Part shown: one piece after another, positions 9,967 through 19,517 of the stretch
How positions within the stretch are numbered: position 1 is the stretch's first letter
Layout: every line of letters starts with the position of its first letter
NCBI GenBank assembly: GCA_965218435.1
Contig: CBDCKW010000009.1
Location: 96,001 to 160,000, forward strand
Reading direction: 5' to 3'
Source of the DNA: Truepera sp.
GTDB lineage: Bacteria > Deinococcota > Deinococci > Deinococcales > Trueperaceae
Length of the DNA: 64,000 nucleotides
The notes under the pieces: model-generated
Seen by the model: only the letters and a program-made list of their open reading frames with translations
The model's database searches: none
What the model was told of the DNA's origin: nothing
Program-made: the position numbers and the translations under genes

Positions 9967-10041
9967 GGCTCCTTCGACTAGCGGTCAGGTCACCACTCTT
10001 TCACAGTGGCGACACGGGTTCGAATCCCGTAGGAGTCACCA
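9967..10041 (+). tRNA. tRNA-Glu (UUC)
   Basis: Anticodon arm CCACT-CTTTCAC-AGTGG, GGTTCGAATCC, CCA end. Confidence 0.97.
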
Positions 10042-10174
10042 GCAGACGGCGTTGGTATCACCTTGGGGTGGTACCAGCTTCTTTTAAGAGGTACTAGAAA
10101 GACCGGCGTCAACAACAAATTGAAGTCCGGTAGTCTATCAGTGAGTGCTTAGACTAGTTGCTGATACCAACCTT

Positions 10175-10250
10175 GGGCGATTAGCTCAGCTGGAAGAGCG
10201 CTTCCCTTACAAGGAAGATGTCGGGGGTTCGAGCCCCTCATCGCCCACCA
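10175..10250 (+). tRNA. tRNA-Val (UAC)
   Basis: Anticodon arm CTTCC-CTTACAA-GGAAG, GGTTCGAGCC, CCA end. Confidence 0.97.
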
Positions 10251-10271
10251 AGAAAAGACAGTCAGAGACGC

Positions 10272-10309
10272 AAAAAGAAGCCCCGCATAGTAGCGGGGTA
10301 GCTCTTTTG
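10272..10309 (+). terminator. Intrinsic terminator after the tRNA operon
   Basis: CCCCGC-ATAGTA-GCGGGG hairpin followed by a T-rich tract. Confidence 0.6.
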
Positions 10310-10727
10310 TAGGTCAGGTTGCACCTACGGGATTTTTAGTTCGCGGTTGACGGGTCACTTTTGGGTAAGAAGTCGAGAAGTGAGACTGCGGCGTTGACGC
10401 GCTGCTCTTTGAAAAAATCGTGTAGACATCTAAAGATGCGTGTACACATCTAAGGTGAATGAGGCTCGAGCATGTCTCAAGCGGTCTGCTAAGACCTTTG
10501 GATCAACACCGCGACGGATTGCCGTAAAAGCATGAAGTGTCTTTAGCGTAAAAAAGCTGTCCGGCAAACACTTTCTTAAATCAGCCCTGAGGCTGCTGAA
10601 CTGTTAGTGCTGTACTTAAGCTTCAGCGCAAACCTGCGTCGGCCTATCATCTTGTGACATCAAGATACGCTGCGTTACGCCTTTCTTTGGGGACAGTGAG
10701 CAAATGATTTACGAAGCAGCTTGGGCG

Positions 10728-11663
10728 CTACCAAGGTAGCGGGTCATTTTTTAGCTCGAGCTCCCAAAAGCTATCGATCTTTTTGACGACTTCAGGCGGC
10801 AGTTCTGCCCCGGCTGCTGCAGCGTTATCCAGAACTTGGCTACCTGTTTTAGCTCCGGCAATCACGGTTGACACTCCCGGTTGAGCCAACACATATTGCA
10901 GCGCCGCGTGGGTCAGTGACCTGTCCGGCGGTAGTAGCGCCGTTAGTTGCTCGACTAACGCGGCCCGGCGGGCGATAATCTCGGGTGACCAGCGGCGGCG
11001 CACGCCTTCAAACTGACTGTCACGCCGGTATTTGCCGGACAACCAGCCGGAATCGAGCGGAACTTTAGCGATTAGGCCGACGCCATGCTCTTGCGCTTTG
11101 CGAAAGCTCGCCTTCGGTTCTTGGTGAAAGATATTGAACAACACCTCGATCACACTGCTTGCCGTCGTCTCTAAAACTGTCTCGAGGTCTCTACTGTAAT
11201 CAGCCGAAACACCATACGCGCGTACCTTGCCCTCAGTTTTGAGGCGCTCCAACTCCTCGTAGTGCGGCGCGTGGTTTCCGTCCAGCAGCTCAGCAGGTGG
11301 GCTGTGGAGCAGATAAACGTCAAGATAATCCGTCTGTAAGCGTTCTAAGCTGGCCTCGAGCGACGTCCGAATGGCTGACACGCTGAAATCTGTTTTGCCT
11401 TCGGGCGAATGGCCGAACTTGCTGCAGATGCTTACGCGCTCACGGACGGGCCGGAGCACCTCGCCGAGCAGCGTTTCGCTCCGGCCTGCGCCGTAACCCG
11501 GGGCCGTGTCGAAGAAGTTGCAACCGGAGTCTAAGGCTTGTTCGATCACCTGCCGCGCTTCGTCGGGGTCGTGTACACCCCAGTCGGCGTTGGCGAGTTG
11601 CCAAGCACCCAAACCTACTTCACTGACCGAGATACCGGTTGCACCTAAAGGACGTTGGTTCAT
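10728..11663 (-). CDS. Aldo/keto reductase
   Basis: VSEVGLGAW, FFDTAPGYG, SLERLQTDYLDVYLLH. Confidence 0.93.
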   Translation of the reverse strand: MNQRPLGATGISVSEVGLGAWQLANADWGVHDPDEARQVIEQALDSGCNFFDTAPGYGAGRSETLLGEVLRPVRERVSICSKFGHSPEGKTDFSVSAIRTSLEASLERLQTDYLDVYLLHSPPAELLDGNHAPHYEELERLKTEGKVRAYGVSADYSRDLETVLETTASSVIEVLFNIFHQEPKASFRKAQEHGVGLIAKVPLDSGWLSGKYRRDSQFEGVRRRWSPEIIARRAALVEQLTALLPPDRSLTHAALQYVLAQPGVSTVIAGAKTGSQVLDNAAAAGAELPPEVVKKIDSFWELELKNDPLPW

Positions 11664-11755
11664 TATCTTCCAATCTTTGTAGCGATCCTCAGCTTAACGC
11701 AGGTTGTTACGTTTAAGCCTGAGCGTGGGTTTGGGTAAGCTCATCATGAAAGCAT

Positions 11756-13219
11756 TTACGGCGTGACTGACGCTGGAAACTGAGGAGGTTGTCTCACTTT
11801 CGTCACCTGTTCGAAAGCAAAGGCGAGTTTAAGCAGGGTAGGCTCCTGATACGCCGTGCTAAAAAAAGAGATACCAATCGGTAGTCCCCTAACAAACCCG
11901 GCAGGTACGGTGAGGTTCGGATAACCTGCTACTGCGGCCGGGGTTGAGCTGCCGCCTGAAACATGGTCGCCGTTAATCAGGTCGGTAGTCCACGCGGGGC
12001 CGTTGGTCGGGGCGACGATGGCCTCGAGCCCATGCTCTTTAAGCGTAGCGTCAATCCCCTCAGTACGTGCCAAACGATGGTTACGGGCTAACGCCTCCAA
12101 GTAAGCAGGTTCGCTTAGCGGCCCTTTAGACTGCGCTTGGATGAGAAACTCCTGCCCAAAGTAGGGCATCACGTGTTCAGCGTGTCTTTCGTTAAAGGCG
12201 ATGACATCCTCTAACGACCGTACCGGCGCGTCAGGTCCCAAGCCCTGCAAACAGGCGTTGAGACCGGCCTTAAATTCGTAGAGCAGAACTTCAAACTCAC
12301 TCTCGCTGTAAGCTGCGCCGGACTCCAGGTCAACGTCAACAAGCTCAGCGCCTTCTGAACGCAGCACTGCCAGCGCCTCTTCGATCACCGCGTCTACGCG
12401 GTCGTGAAAGCCGAAAAAGCTGCGAGCAACGCCGATACGCGCACCCCTAAGGCCGTCAGCAGCTAGAAACCGGGTGTAATCGGTTGCCTTATTTGCGTCA
12501 GTGTCTGATAGTGCGCTGAGCAAGATAGCGGCGTCCGTCACGCTGCGCGTCATCGGTCCGGCGGTGTCTTGCGAGTGAGCAATCGGAATGATGCCACTGC
12601 CACTTACCAAGCCAACGGTAGGTTTAAGGCCCACCACGCCGTTGACCCCGGCAGGGCAGGTGATAGACCCGTCCGTCTCAGTGCCAATCGCGGCGGCGCA
12701 GAGATTGGCCGAGACCGCGACACCCGAACCCGACGACGAGCCACACGGGTTTCTATCAAGCGCGTAAGGGTTTTTCGTCTGTCCGCCGCGACTGCTCCAA
12801 CCGCTGCTCGAGCGTGGTGAACGAAAGTTCGCCCACTCGCTCAGGTTCGTTTTACCGAGAATCACCGCGCCCGCGTTGCGCAAGTTCGATACCAAAGGTG
12901 CGTCTTGCTTGGGCCTCGAGCCTTCTAAAGCTAACGAACCCGCTGTCGTCATCATCTTGTCAGCCGTGTCAATATTGTCTTTTAGCATGACTGGGATGCC
13001 GTGAAGCGGGCCACGTGCCCCACTTTCGCGGCGTTCTTGGTCGAGGGCGGCGGCAATCTGAAGGGCGTCGGGGTTAAGTTCAATTACAGCGTTAAGGGTT
13101 GGGCCTTGGCGGTCGTAGTGCTCGGTACGTTCAAGGTAAGACTCAGCCAGCGAATAGGCCGTCGCTTCACCGGAAATCATCAGGGCCTGAAGCTCATGGA
13201 TACTCAGCTCGTTCATCAT
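11756..13219 (-). CDS. Amidase signature family enzyme
   Basis: GPLHGIPVMLKDN, CGSSSGSG, GTETDGSI (Ser-cisSer-Lys triad). Confidence 0.95.
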   Translation of the reverse strand: MMNELSIHELQALMISGEATAYSLAESYLERTEHYDRQGPTLNAVIELNPDALQIAAALDQERRESGARGPLHGIPVMLKDNIDTADKMMTTAGSLALEGSRPKQDAPLVSNLRNAGAVILGKTNLSEWANFRSPRSSSGWSSRGGQTKNPYALDRNPCGSSSGSGVAVSANLCAAAIGTETDGSITCPAGVNGVVGLKPTVGLVSGSGIIPIAHSQDTAGPMTRSVTDAAILLSALSDTDANKATDYTRFLAADGLRGARIGVARSFFGFHDRVDAVIEEALAVLRSEGAELVDVDLESGAAYSESEFEVLLYEFKAGLNACLQGLGPDAPVRSLEDVIAFNERHAEHVMPYFGQEFLIQAQSKGPLSEPAYLEALARNHRLARTEGIDATLKEHGLEAIVAPTNGPAWTTDLINGDHVSGGSSTPAAVAGYPNLTVPAGFVRGLPIGISFFSTAYQEPTLLKLAFAFEQVTKVRQPPQFPASVTP

Positions 13220-13233
13220 CCGACTCTACCGCT

Positions 13234-13530
13234 TCACGTCTTGTGCCGTTCGTTTTGTTGGTCGGGCCACCGCTCTTGACGAACCGGCAAGCGGTTGAGT
13301 TACCGCTGGTAAAAGGTCCGGTCCGGCATAAACTGATCTATCAAGGCGACAAAGCGGCTATGCGTGGCCTCGAGCAACTGCACCAGCTCGTGCAGCAAGA
13401 CGTACTCGAGGCACCCCTTCAGTTTTTTGGCTAAGTCCGTACTAAGCCTGATGCTCTTCCTAGCCGGGCTACAACTACCCCATTTTGTCTTCATCCGCCG
13501 GACAAAGAACGTTTTGACTATCCCAGCCCG
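13234..13530 (-). pseudogene. Truncated YgjP/DUF45 (M48-like) metallopeptidase remnant
   Basis: RRMKTKWGSC...LEYVLLHELVQ; HExxH degenerate, internal stop at 13300 followed by LNRLPVRQERW, N-terminal part missing. Confidence 0.75.
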
Positions 13531-14447
13531 CTAGTTCAAGCTATGCCCTTTAGGGCAAGACTTTAGTTGCTACTCATCTCTAAAGAGGTGACCGCGTTGA
13601 AAAACAAAGTAGTTCCACTATGTCGTCACCCACCGACGATAGAACCAACCTGTGCCGCGAGGTGCGAGAAGAAAAGGGCGCTATTCGAGCATGAGTCGGG
13701 ACTTTAGTCCAACTCAAACCTATGTACTTTCAGTGCATAGGTTGTTTAGTTCAACCTTTAACCGTGGCTGCCATTTGGCGATAAGTTCCGGTACTATATC
13801 TTTAAGTTGTTCCCGGTGCTAGGTCCCGAGTCCTTCCGCACGTTTGGCCTGTGGGAACGACAGCCTGAGCCGGAGGGATAGGGATAAAGGTTGCTGTCCT
13901 AGCACAGCCCCGGCATAGGTCACCCGTATTCTGAGCACCGATGAGGAAAACGCCCGGAGCAGGCGTGGGGGACGCTACCGGCTCACTCCTGAAATAGTTT
14001 TTGAGCACTTCAGGTGTTATCTGCGGTAAACGACAGACAAAAGATGCTGACTGCAAAGTTGTACGTTTTTTTACACTAAGGTGTCCGGCGGTTTGTTAGC
14101 CTTCGTTAACCTACTGCCGGGAGCAACCTATGGAGCAGCAATAATTCACCGGGTTCTGCTGACCTTCTAAGCTTAGCGAGAGCTAGCAGCGTGAAGTATG
14201 AAAGTAAGACTTAGACAGCAAGGAGCAGAAAAGTGATAGCTAAACAACGAAACCAGCGTCTCTCACGTACTTAAAGCATAACAAGCGCGAACGTCAATAC
14301 AACCCGGTTTTGGCGTTTCCTTCCGAACAGTTTGGTAACGCCTTGCAGCATATGTTCTGCGGCATAGGTATAGCAGGGCTTACGCCACCGCGCTACGCCA
14401 CACTTGTACGTCACACCTATATTACGTCACATCCAGAGGAGTCCAAG

Positions 14448-16292
14448 ATGACCGGTTCACATCCTTTACCACCTCGCAGTTTTCAAAGTCGCCGCTGGTA
14501 CGCGGCAGCGTTAGGTGCGCTGCTGACTCTAGCCGCCTGTTCACAATCTGCGCCTCAGAGTCAGGAAGACTCTAATACAGCCGAACAGAGCGAGACGCAA
14601 AGCGTCCTCTTTTTGCAGGCTGTCAACGACCTTTCCGACCTCACTTGGACGCGCGCCACGAACGGCTTGGGGCCGGTAGAAAAAGACACGAGTAGCGGCG
14701 GGAGAGCTGCCGCTGACGGGACGACGCTGACGATGGGCGGCGTCCGCTACGTGCGCGGTTTAGGCGTTCATGCGAATTCGACCTTGGTCTACACCCTAGG
14801 TGGTGCTTGCACCCGCTTGACGGCTCAAGTCGGTGTTGACGACGAGGTCGGTAGTCGCGGCTCGGTTATCTTTCGCGTCTACGCCGACGGCCAAAAATTG
14901 TACGGCTCGGGTACCCTGACCGGCGCAAATTCGGCCAAAAGACTCGAGGTCGACGTTACCGGTAAGCAGCAGCTCAAGCTGGTGGTTACGGACGCAGGCA
15001 ACGGCGTCAGTTACGATCATGCGGATTGGGCGAGTCCTCAGCTCGAGTGTCAATCTCAAACCGACCCTAACCCACCGGGAACGCCGCAAACTGTAACCGT
15101 AAAAGTACCGTCAGGTCTTGGGAGTGCGCCTTTTGATCGCCCACGTACCCTCAAGGTACCTGCAGGTTTTGGCGTCTCGGTCTATGTGCGCATCACCAAG
15201 GCCCGCTTTATGCAGCCGCTGCCGAACGGCGACTTGCTGGTGTCGCAGCCGTCTACCGGTAAGGTGCTGCTCGTCCGGCCCGGTAAGGACGGCGCGGGCG
15301 TCGTAACTACCTTCGCCTCCGGCCTTAAAAATCCGCACGATCTGGTGCTGCACGCGGTCTCGGGTGTCAGCTACTTGTATCTGTCCGAAAGTAGCCGCGT
15401 CACACGCTCGGTATACGAGAACGGCGACACGGTTCGGCGCGGTGCTCAGACGGTGGTGGCTAATCTGCCCGACTCGAGCACCCCGGAACTCAAGGGGGCT
15501 TACGCGCACGCCCTTAAAAACATCGCGCTGGGACCGGACCATAAGCTCTATGTGTCGGTGGCGTCGGCGACCAACCAGAGCCCTACGGATGTGACCGCCG
15601 CGTTTAAGCGCGCCGCTATCTATCAGTACAACGCCGACGGTAGCGGGGGGCGGCTGTTCGCCGAGGGTATCCGCAACGCCGAGGGATTGGCTTTTGCACC
15701 CAACAGCAGTGCGCTGTGGGTGGTTGTGAATAACCGCGACAACATCGCCTACCCGTTTCACAACGACTGGCAAAACGACGGCACCGGCGACGATTACGGT
15801 GAGGTCATTCAAAGCTACGTGGACAACCATCCGCCGGAAGAGTTTATCAAGGTGCGAGACGGCGGCAATTATGGCTGGCCGTACTGCAACCCTAATCCCG
15901 ATTCGGGCTTGAACGACATGCCTTTTGACCGCGACGTGCAAAATAACCCCGACGGCTCCAAGTTAGATTGCAGCAACGCTGACCGGATCACGAAGGGGAT
16001 TCAGGCGCATTCTGCGCCGCTGGGCCTAAGTTTCTGGAAGGGCGGCGCGGTGGCAGCTCTGCACGGCTGTTGGAACTGCTCGAGGTTCATCGGCCACAAG
16101 ATAAGCTATTTTCCTTGGACGGCTGCCGGTTTACCCAGTGCCGAACAAGATTTGGTAAGCGGTTGGGTTACCGACGCGGCGAACAAAGAACGTTGGGGCC
16201 GTCCGGTAGACGTCGTACCCGACGCTGCGGGCAACCTGCTGATCTCCGACGATTATGCCCACGCTATCTATAAGCTCAGTCCGAACAGGTAG
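14448..16292 (+). CDS. Lipoprotein with NPCBM carbohydrate-binding domain and PQQ-dependent sugar (sorbosone) dehydrogenase-like beta-propeller
   Basis: LAAC lipobox; NPCBM motifs GLGVHANS and DHADWA; GIRNAEGL, GGNYGWPYC, HSAPLG, GRPVDV; AGGAG before ATG 14448. Confidence 0.85.
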   Translation: MTGSHPLPPRSFQSRRWYAAALGALLTLAACSQSAPQSQEDSNTAEQSETQSVLFLQAVNDLSDLTWTRATNGLGPVEKDTSSGGRAAADGTTLTMGGVRYVRGLGVHANSTLVYTLGGACTRLTAQVGVDDEVGSRGSVIFRVYADGQKLYGSGTLTGANSAKRLEVDVTGKQQLKLVVTDAGNGVSYDHADWASPQLECQSQTDPNPPGTPQTVTVKVPSGLGSAPFDRPRTLKVPAGFGVSVYVRITKARFMQPLPNGDLLVSQPSTGKVLLVRPGKDGAGVVTTFASGLKNPHDLVLHAVSGVSYLYLSESSRVTRSVYENGDTVRRGAQTVVANLPDSSTPELKGAYAHALKNIALGPDHKLYVSVASATNQSPTDVTAAFKRAAIYQYNADGSGGRLFAEGIRNAEGLAFAPNSSALWVVVNNRDNIAYPFHNDWQNDGTGDDYGEVIQSYVDNHPPEEFIKVRDGGNYGWPYCNPNPDSGLNDMPFDRDVQNNPDGSKLDCSNADRITKGIQAHSAPLGLSFWKGGAVAALHGCWNCSRFIGHKISYFPWTAAGLPSAEQDLVSGWVTDAANKERWGRPVDVVPDAAGNLLISDDYAHAIYKLSPNR

Positions 16293-16373
16293 CGCGAGTA
16301 GCCTTGTAGGTCTTTTACACCTGACCGGGTGTCTTTCCTAAAGTTTTGGGCTCGAGTTACCGATGGAGGAAAG

Positions 16374-16702
16374 GTGAAGCGTGGTGATATTTACCGCGTA
16401 GACTGGGAAACCAGCATCAAAGGTGAGCCTGCTTTTAGCAGACCTGCTGTCATCTTGACAAACAATGATGCTAACAACCACCTACCTCATCTGGTAGTTG
16501 CCCCTATTACCAGCATACGCGCCTTTACCCCTTCGACGTTTTGCTGCCGGTCGCAGGTTGTGGGCTTAAAGAAAGCAGCAAAGTACAGCTCAACTATGTG
16601 CGTGGGCTCAACCGAACACCTTTAACGGGCTATCTGGGGTCACTCACCGAGGCGTTGCGGCTCGAGCTTGACGAAAAGTTACGGACTCACTTAGGGCTGT
16701 GA
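16374..16702 (+). pseudogene. Frameshifted PemK/MazF toxin
   Basis: VKRGDIYRVDW..RPAVILTN..VVAPITS, continuing in another frame near 16515 as RLYPFDVLL..SKVQLNYVRGL..LRTHLGL*. Confidence 0.8.
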
Positions 16703-17141
16703 GCCTGGGCGACGCTCTGCCCTAAGCGTCCGTTTTGCCGCCGCACGGTACAACACGAGGTTGTGAATACGTCCCTGGCGGCGTCCTCGATATTTGTGGC
16801 AGCTCGAGGTATCTATAACTGAGGTCCCGTTCAATTCAGCGCCACTCAGATACTTTTGCAGCACATTTGAACAAATTCGGGAGCTTTGCTCAAAAGTAGG
16901 TCTGATTGGGTCTGATCGCGTAAGATACGCCAGCATCACGTAACACCCCAATTAAGGACATCAGTTACGACCGCTCGGACAGCCGGGATAGGCTCACCGG
17001 CAACGCTGCCGCAAACCTCGGTGAACGATGCGGCGCTTTTACCCCCGGCGGCTTTGGGTTACGCCGTTCAGCCCGAATCCGGATGTAGACCTGCTTTAAG
17101 GGGTCGTTTGTTACACTGGTTTGCGGAAAGGTGGAACCACG

Positions 17142-17999
17142 ATGAACGCAGAGCTTGTCGAACAGTTGCGGCGGACACAGCAAACGTTAGAACCTCGCGC
17201 CAAAGCACTGCGTAGCGCGGCGGGTGCGCTTAAGCAGGCGCTAAAGTTAGCCGGTGAAGACAAACCCGACGCCCTGCCGATGCAAAAGGCGCTGATCAAA
17301 CTGCAAGAGGCTGCCGAGGCCGTAGACGACGACACCCTACAGGAGGCCACCGGGCACTTCCAGGCTGAAACCGAAAAGGCTTTGGGTGCGCTGGCCTTCG
17401 AGTTTGCTAAAGACCTGCGTGAGGCGTTTACGGCGCGGGGGCTCGAGGTGACGGGTCGCCCTCCGATGTTGGCTGTCAGCGAGCTGGTGCTCGGTATCGA
17501 CACGGCGGCACGCAAGGCGGGGTGGTTTTACGGCAAAGAAGCCCTCACCCGCCCGCTCCCACTCTCGCTCAGCGCCGTCGTAGGAGCGTTCGAGGGGGAG
17601 CAGCGAACGATTCTGGCGCGTGAGCTGGACACTGAAGCGTTCTTGGGAGAACTTTATACGACCTGGACGCAGGTGCTTGAGGGTAAGAGCCGCCGACCTC
17701 AGGGGGGGCGGGTCAGCCTGATCGAGACGTACAGCAAACTGGTGCTGAACCGGCAGTCGGGCCGCTTTTGGAACGCACCGTCGCGCAGCACTTTTCGGGA
17801 CTACCCGCGTGCGCTGTTCGTACGCGACCTGGTGCTGGCGCAGCCCTCGCCCACGCTTACGGTGGGCGGTGAGCGGCAGCGGCTCTTTTTGGGCGTCGCT
17901 ACCAAAAGTCAGGCGGAGAGCTCGAGCCGCAGTCTCTGGGTACCGCAGGGACCATTTGAGGGCGGCTACTACGCGGATATCACCTTTGAACCGGTTTAA
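17142..17999 (+). CDS. Hypothetical protein with helical N-terminus; first gene of the ATPase/ATPase/helicase cluster
   Basis: About 285 aa ORF with GC-rich codon usage, purine-rich RBS-like sequence upstream, no recognised motif. Confidence 0.75.
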   Translation: MNAELVEQLRRTQQTLEPRAKALRSAAGALKQALKLAGEDKPDALPMQKALIKLQEAAEAVDDDTLQEATGHFQAETEKALGALAFEFAKDLREAFTARGLEVTGRPPMLAVSELVLGIDTAARKAGWFYGKEALTRPLPLSLSAVVGAFEGEQRTILARELDTEAFLGELYTTWTQVLEGKSRRPQGGRVSLIETYSKLVLNRQSGRFWNAPSRSTFRDYPRALFVRDLVLAQPSPTLTVGGERQRLFLGVATKSQAESSSRSLWVPQGPFEGGYYADITFEPV

Positions 18000-18084
18000 G
18001 CGGTAACCTCAGTCGGCAGTGATTTTGGTCGGCAACGAGCTAAACCGTACCGGGTGGATATAATCGGCCCATGATGAACCTCGT

Positions 18085-18234
18085 CTTACGCACAAGCCGT
18101 CACACAAGGTATCAAAGGTACAGCAATGCCGAGCAGGGGAAACATAGAGCACAGAATGCTTGGTTGATGCTCCTTGCTGTATTCGCTGTTCCTTACGCGG
18201 TGACCCAAACCCGTCTACTGAGAACAAACCGCGT
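18085..18234. repeat. Non-coding element, copy A (ends shared with 21070-21330)
   Basis: 5' CTTACGCACAAGCCGTCA and 3' CGTCTACTGAGAACAAACCGCGT nearly match copy B. Confidence 0.65.
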
Positions 18235-18240
18235 GTGAGT

Positions 18241-19515
18241 ATGAACCTTTCACCGGCTCTCGCCCGTTCTATCGTCGAAGTGTTGGGGGCGTCCGGCACC
18301 CCACCCGACCGAGGGGTGCAACACTTTAACGTGGGCAACCGCTCGCTGGTCGAGGCGCTCGACACTTACTACTTCTCGTCGTATCTGCAAGACGGCGGCG
18401 CAGCCTTTAAGCTGGTCGTAGGTGACTACGGCAGCGGCAAGTCGCACTTTCTCTACTGCCTAAGAGACGTGGCCTGGGCGCGCGGCTTTGCGGTCGTCAA
18501 GGTTGACCTGAGCCCCACCGAGACGCCCTACAACGACCAGCGGCTCGTTTACGGCGCGGTCGCCCGCAACCTCGTTTGGCACGAGGGCGAAGGCGTTTCG
18601 GACGAGGCTGGACTACCCCGCTTTTTGGAGGGTACCCTGACCCGCATCGTCGGTGAGGAACCGAGTCTCGAGACCTTGAACCACCCTAACTACCGTGCGC
18701 TGGTTGATACTCTCGAGGCCAGCACGATTGACAGCGCAGCGTATAAAGTGGCGGTGCTCGCCTACTTCGACGCACTGCTGGGCGCTCATGAGGAGCGGTT
18801 GGCCTCACTGACGCGCTGGCTGCTGGCCGAAGACACCACCCCGGACGACACCAGGGTGCTGCGCGGCCTCGGCGTCACCGGCAAGATTACGCGCACCAAC
18901 GCCTTTAGAATGCTCCGTTCGCTCGCGCAGACCGTGCGGGCGCTTTCCTACAGCGGCCTGCTCCTGCTCTTCGACGAGGTTGACCGGATGAGCAGCATCG
19001 GCGGCAAAGCCGAACGGCTCGCGACCGACACCCTCCGCGAGGTCGTTGACCGCTGCCGCGACGACTTGCCCGGCGCGATGTTCGTCTACGCGGTTCCGCC
19101 GCAATTTATGAGTGACGTGGTGCCGCGTTATCCCGCCCTGCAACAGCGTCTGCGTGCTCCGGCGCGGTTTTCCAGAACGAACCACTTCAGCCCGCAGATC
19201 AGCTTGGAGCATCTCGATTTAGCCGAAGACGACCTGATGCTCGCCATCGGCGAAAAGCTCGTGCCCATCTTTGAGACCGCGTTCGGGGCCGACCTCGATG
19301 AGAAAATCCAGCACGCCAACGCCGCCATCCTCGCGAACGTCGCGCGCGACGTGTTTCTCGATGTAAGCCACCGGCGGCTGTTTATCAAGACTTTTGTCAC
19401 CGAACTCGCCCGCCAGCACGCCGAAGGGGAGCGGGTGCTGACCGAGCCGGAGGCTACGGCCCGGTTGCGGGGTCAGGCCGAAGCCCTTGGGGACGGCCTG
19501 ACCCCACCGTACTAG
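18241..19515 (+). CDS. BrxD/DUF2791-like P-loop ATPase
   Basis: GTPP..G..NVG N-terminus, Walker A GDYGSGKSH, Walker B LLLLFDE, YPALQQRL. Confidence 0.85.
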   Translation: MNLSPALARSIVEVLGASGTPPDRGVQHFNVGNRSLVEALDTYYFSSYLQDGGAAFKLVVGDYGSGKSHFLYCLRDVAWARGFAVVKVDLSPTETPYNDQRLVYGAVARNLVWHEGEGVSDEAGLPRFLEGTLTRIVGEEPSLETLNHPNYRALVDTLEASTIDSAAYKVAVLAYFDALLGAHEERLASLTRWLLAEDTTPDDTRVLRGLGVTGKITRTNAFRMLRSLAQTVRALSYSGLLLLFDEVDRMSSIGGKAERLATDTLREVVDRCRDDLPGAMFVYAVPPQFMSDVVPRYPALQQRLRAPARFSRTNHFSPQISLEHLDLAEDDLMLAIGEKLVPIFETAFGADLDEKIQHANAAILANVARDVFLDVSHRRLFIKTFVTELARQHAEGERVLTEPEATARLRGQAEALGDGLTPPY

Positions 19516-19517
19516 AG

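Noticed and set aside
14193..14210. GTAAG-like direct repeat upstream of the NPCBM lipoprotein gene
   Set aside because: Period is 10 rather than 11 and the second half-site is poor, so it was not counted in the regulon
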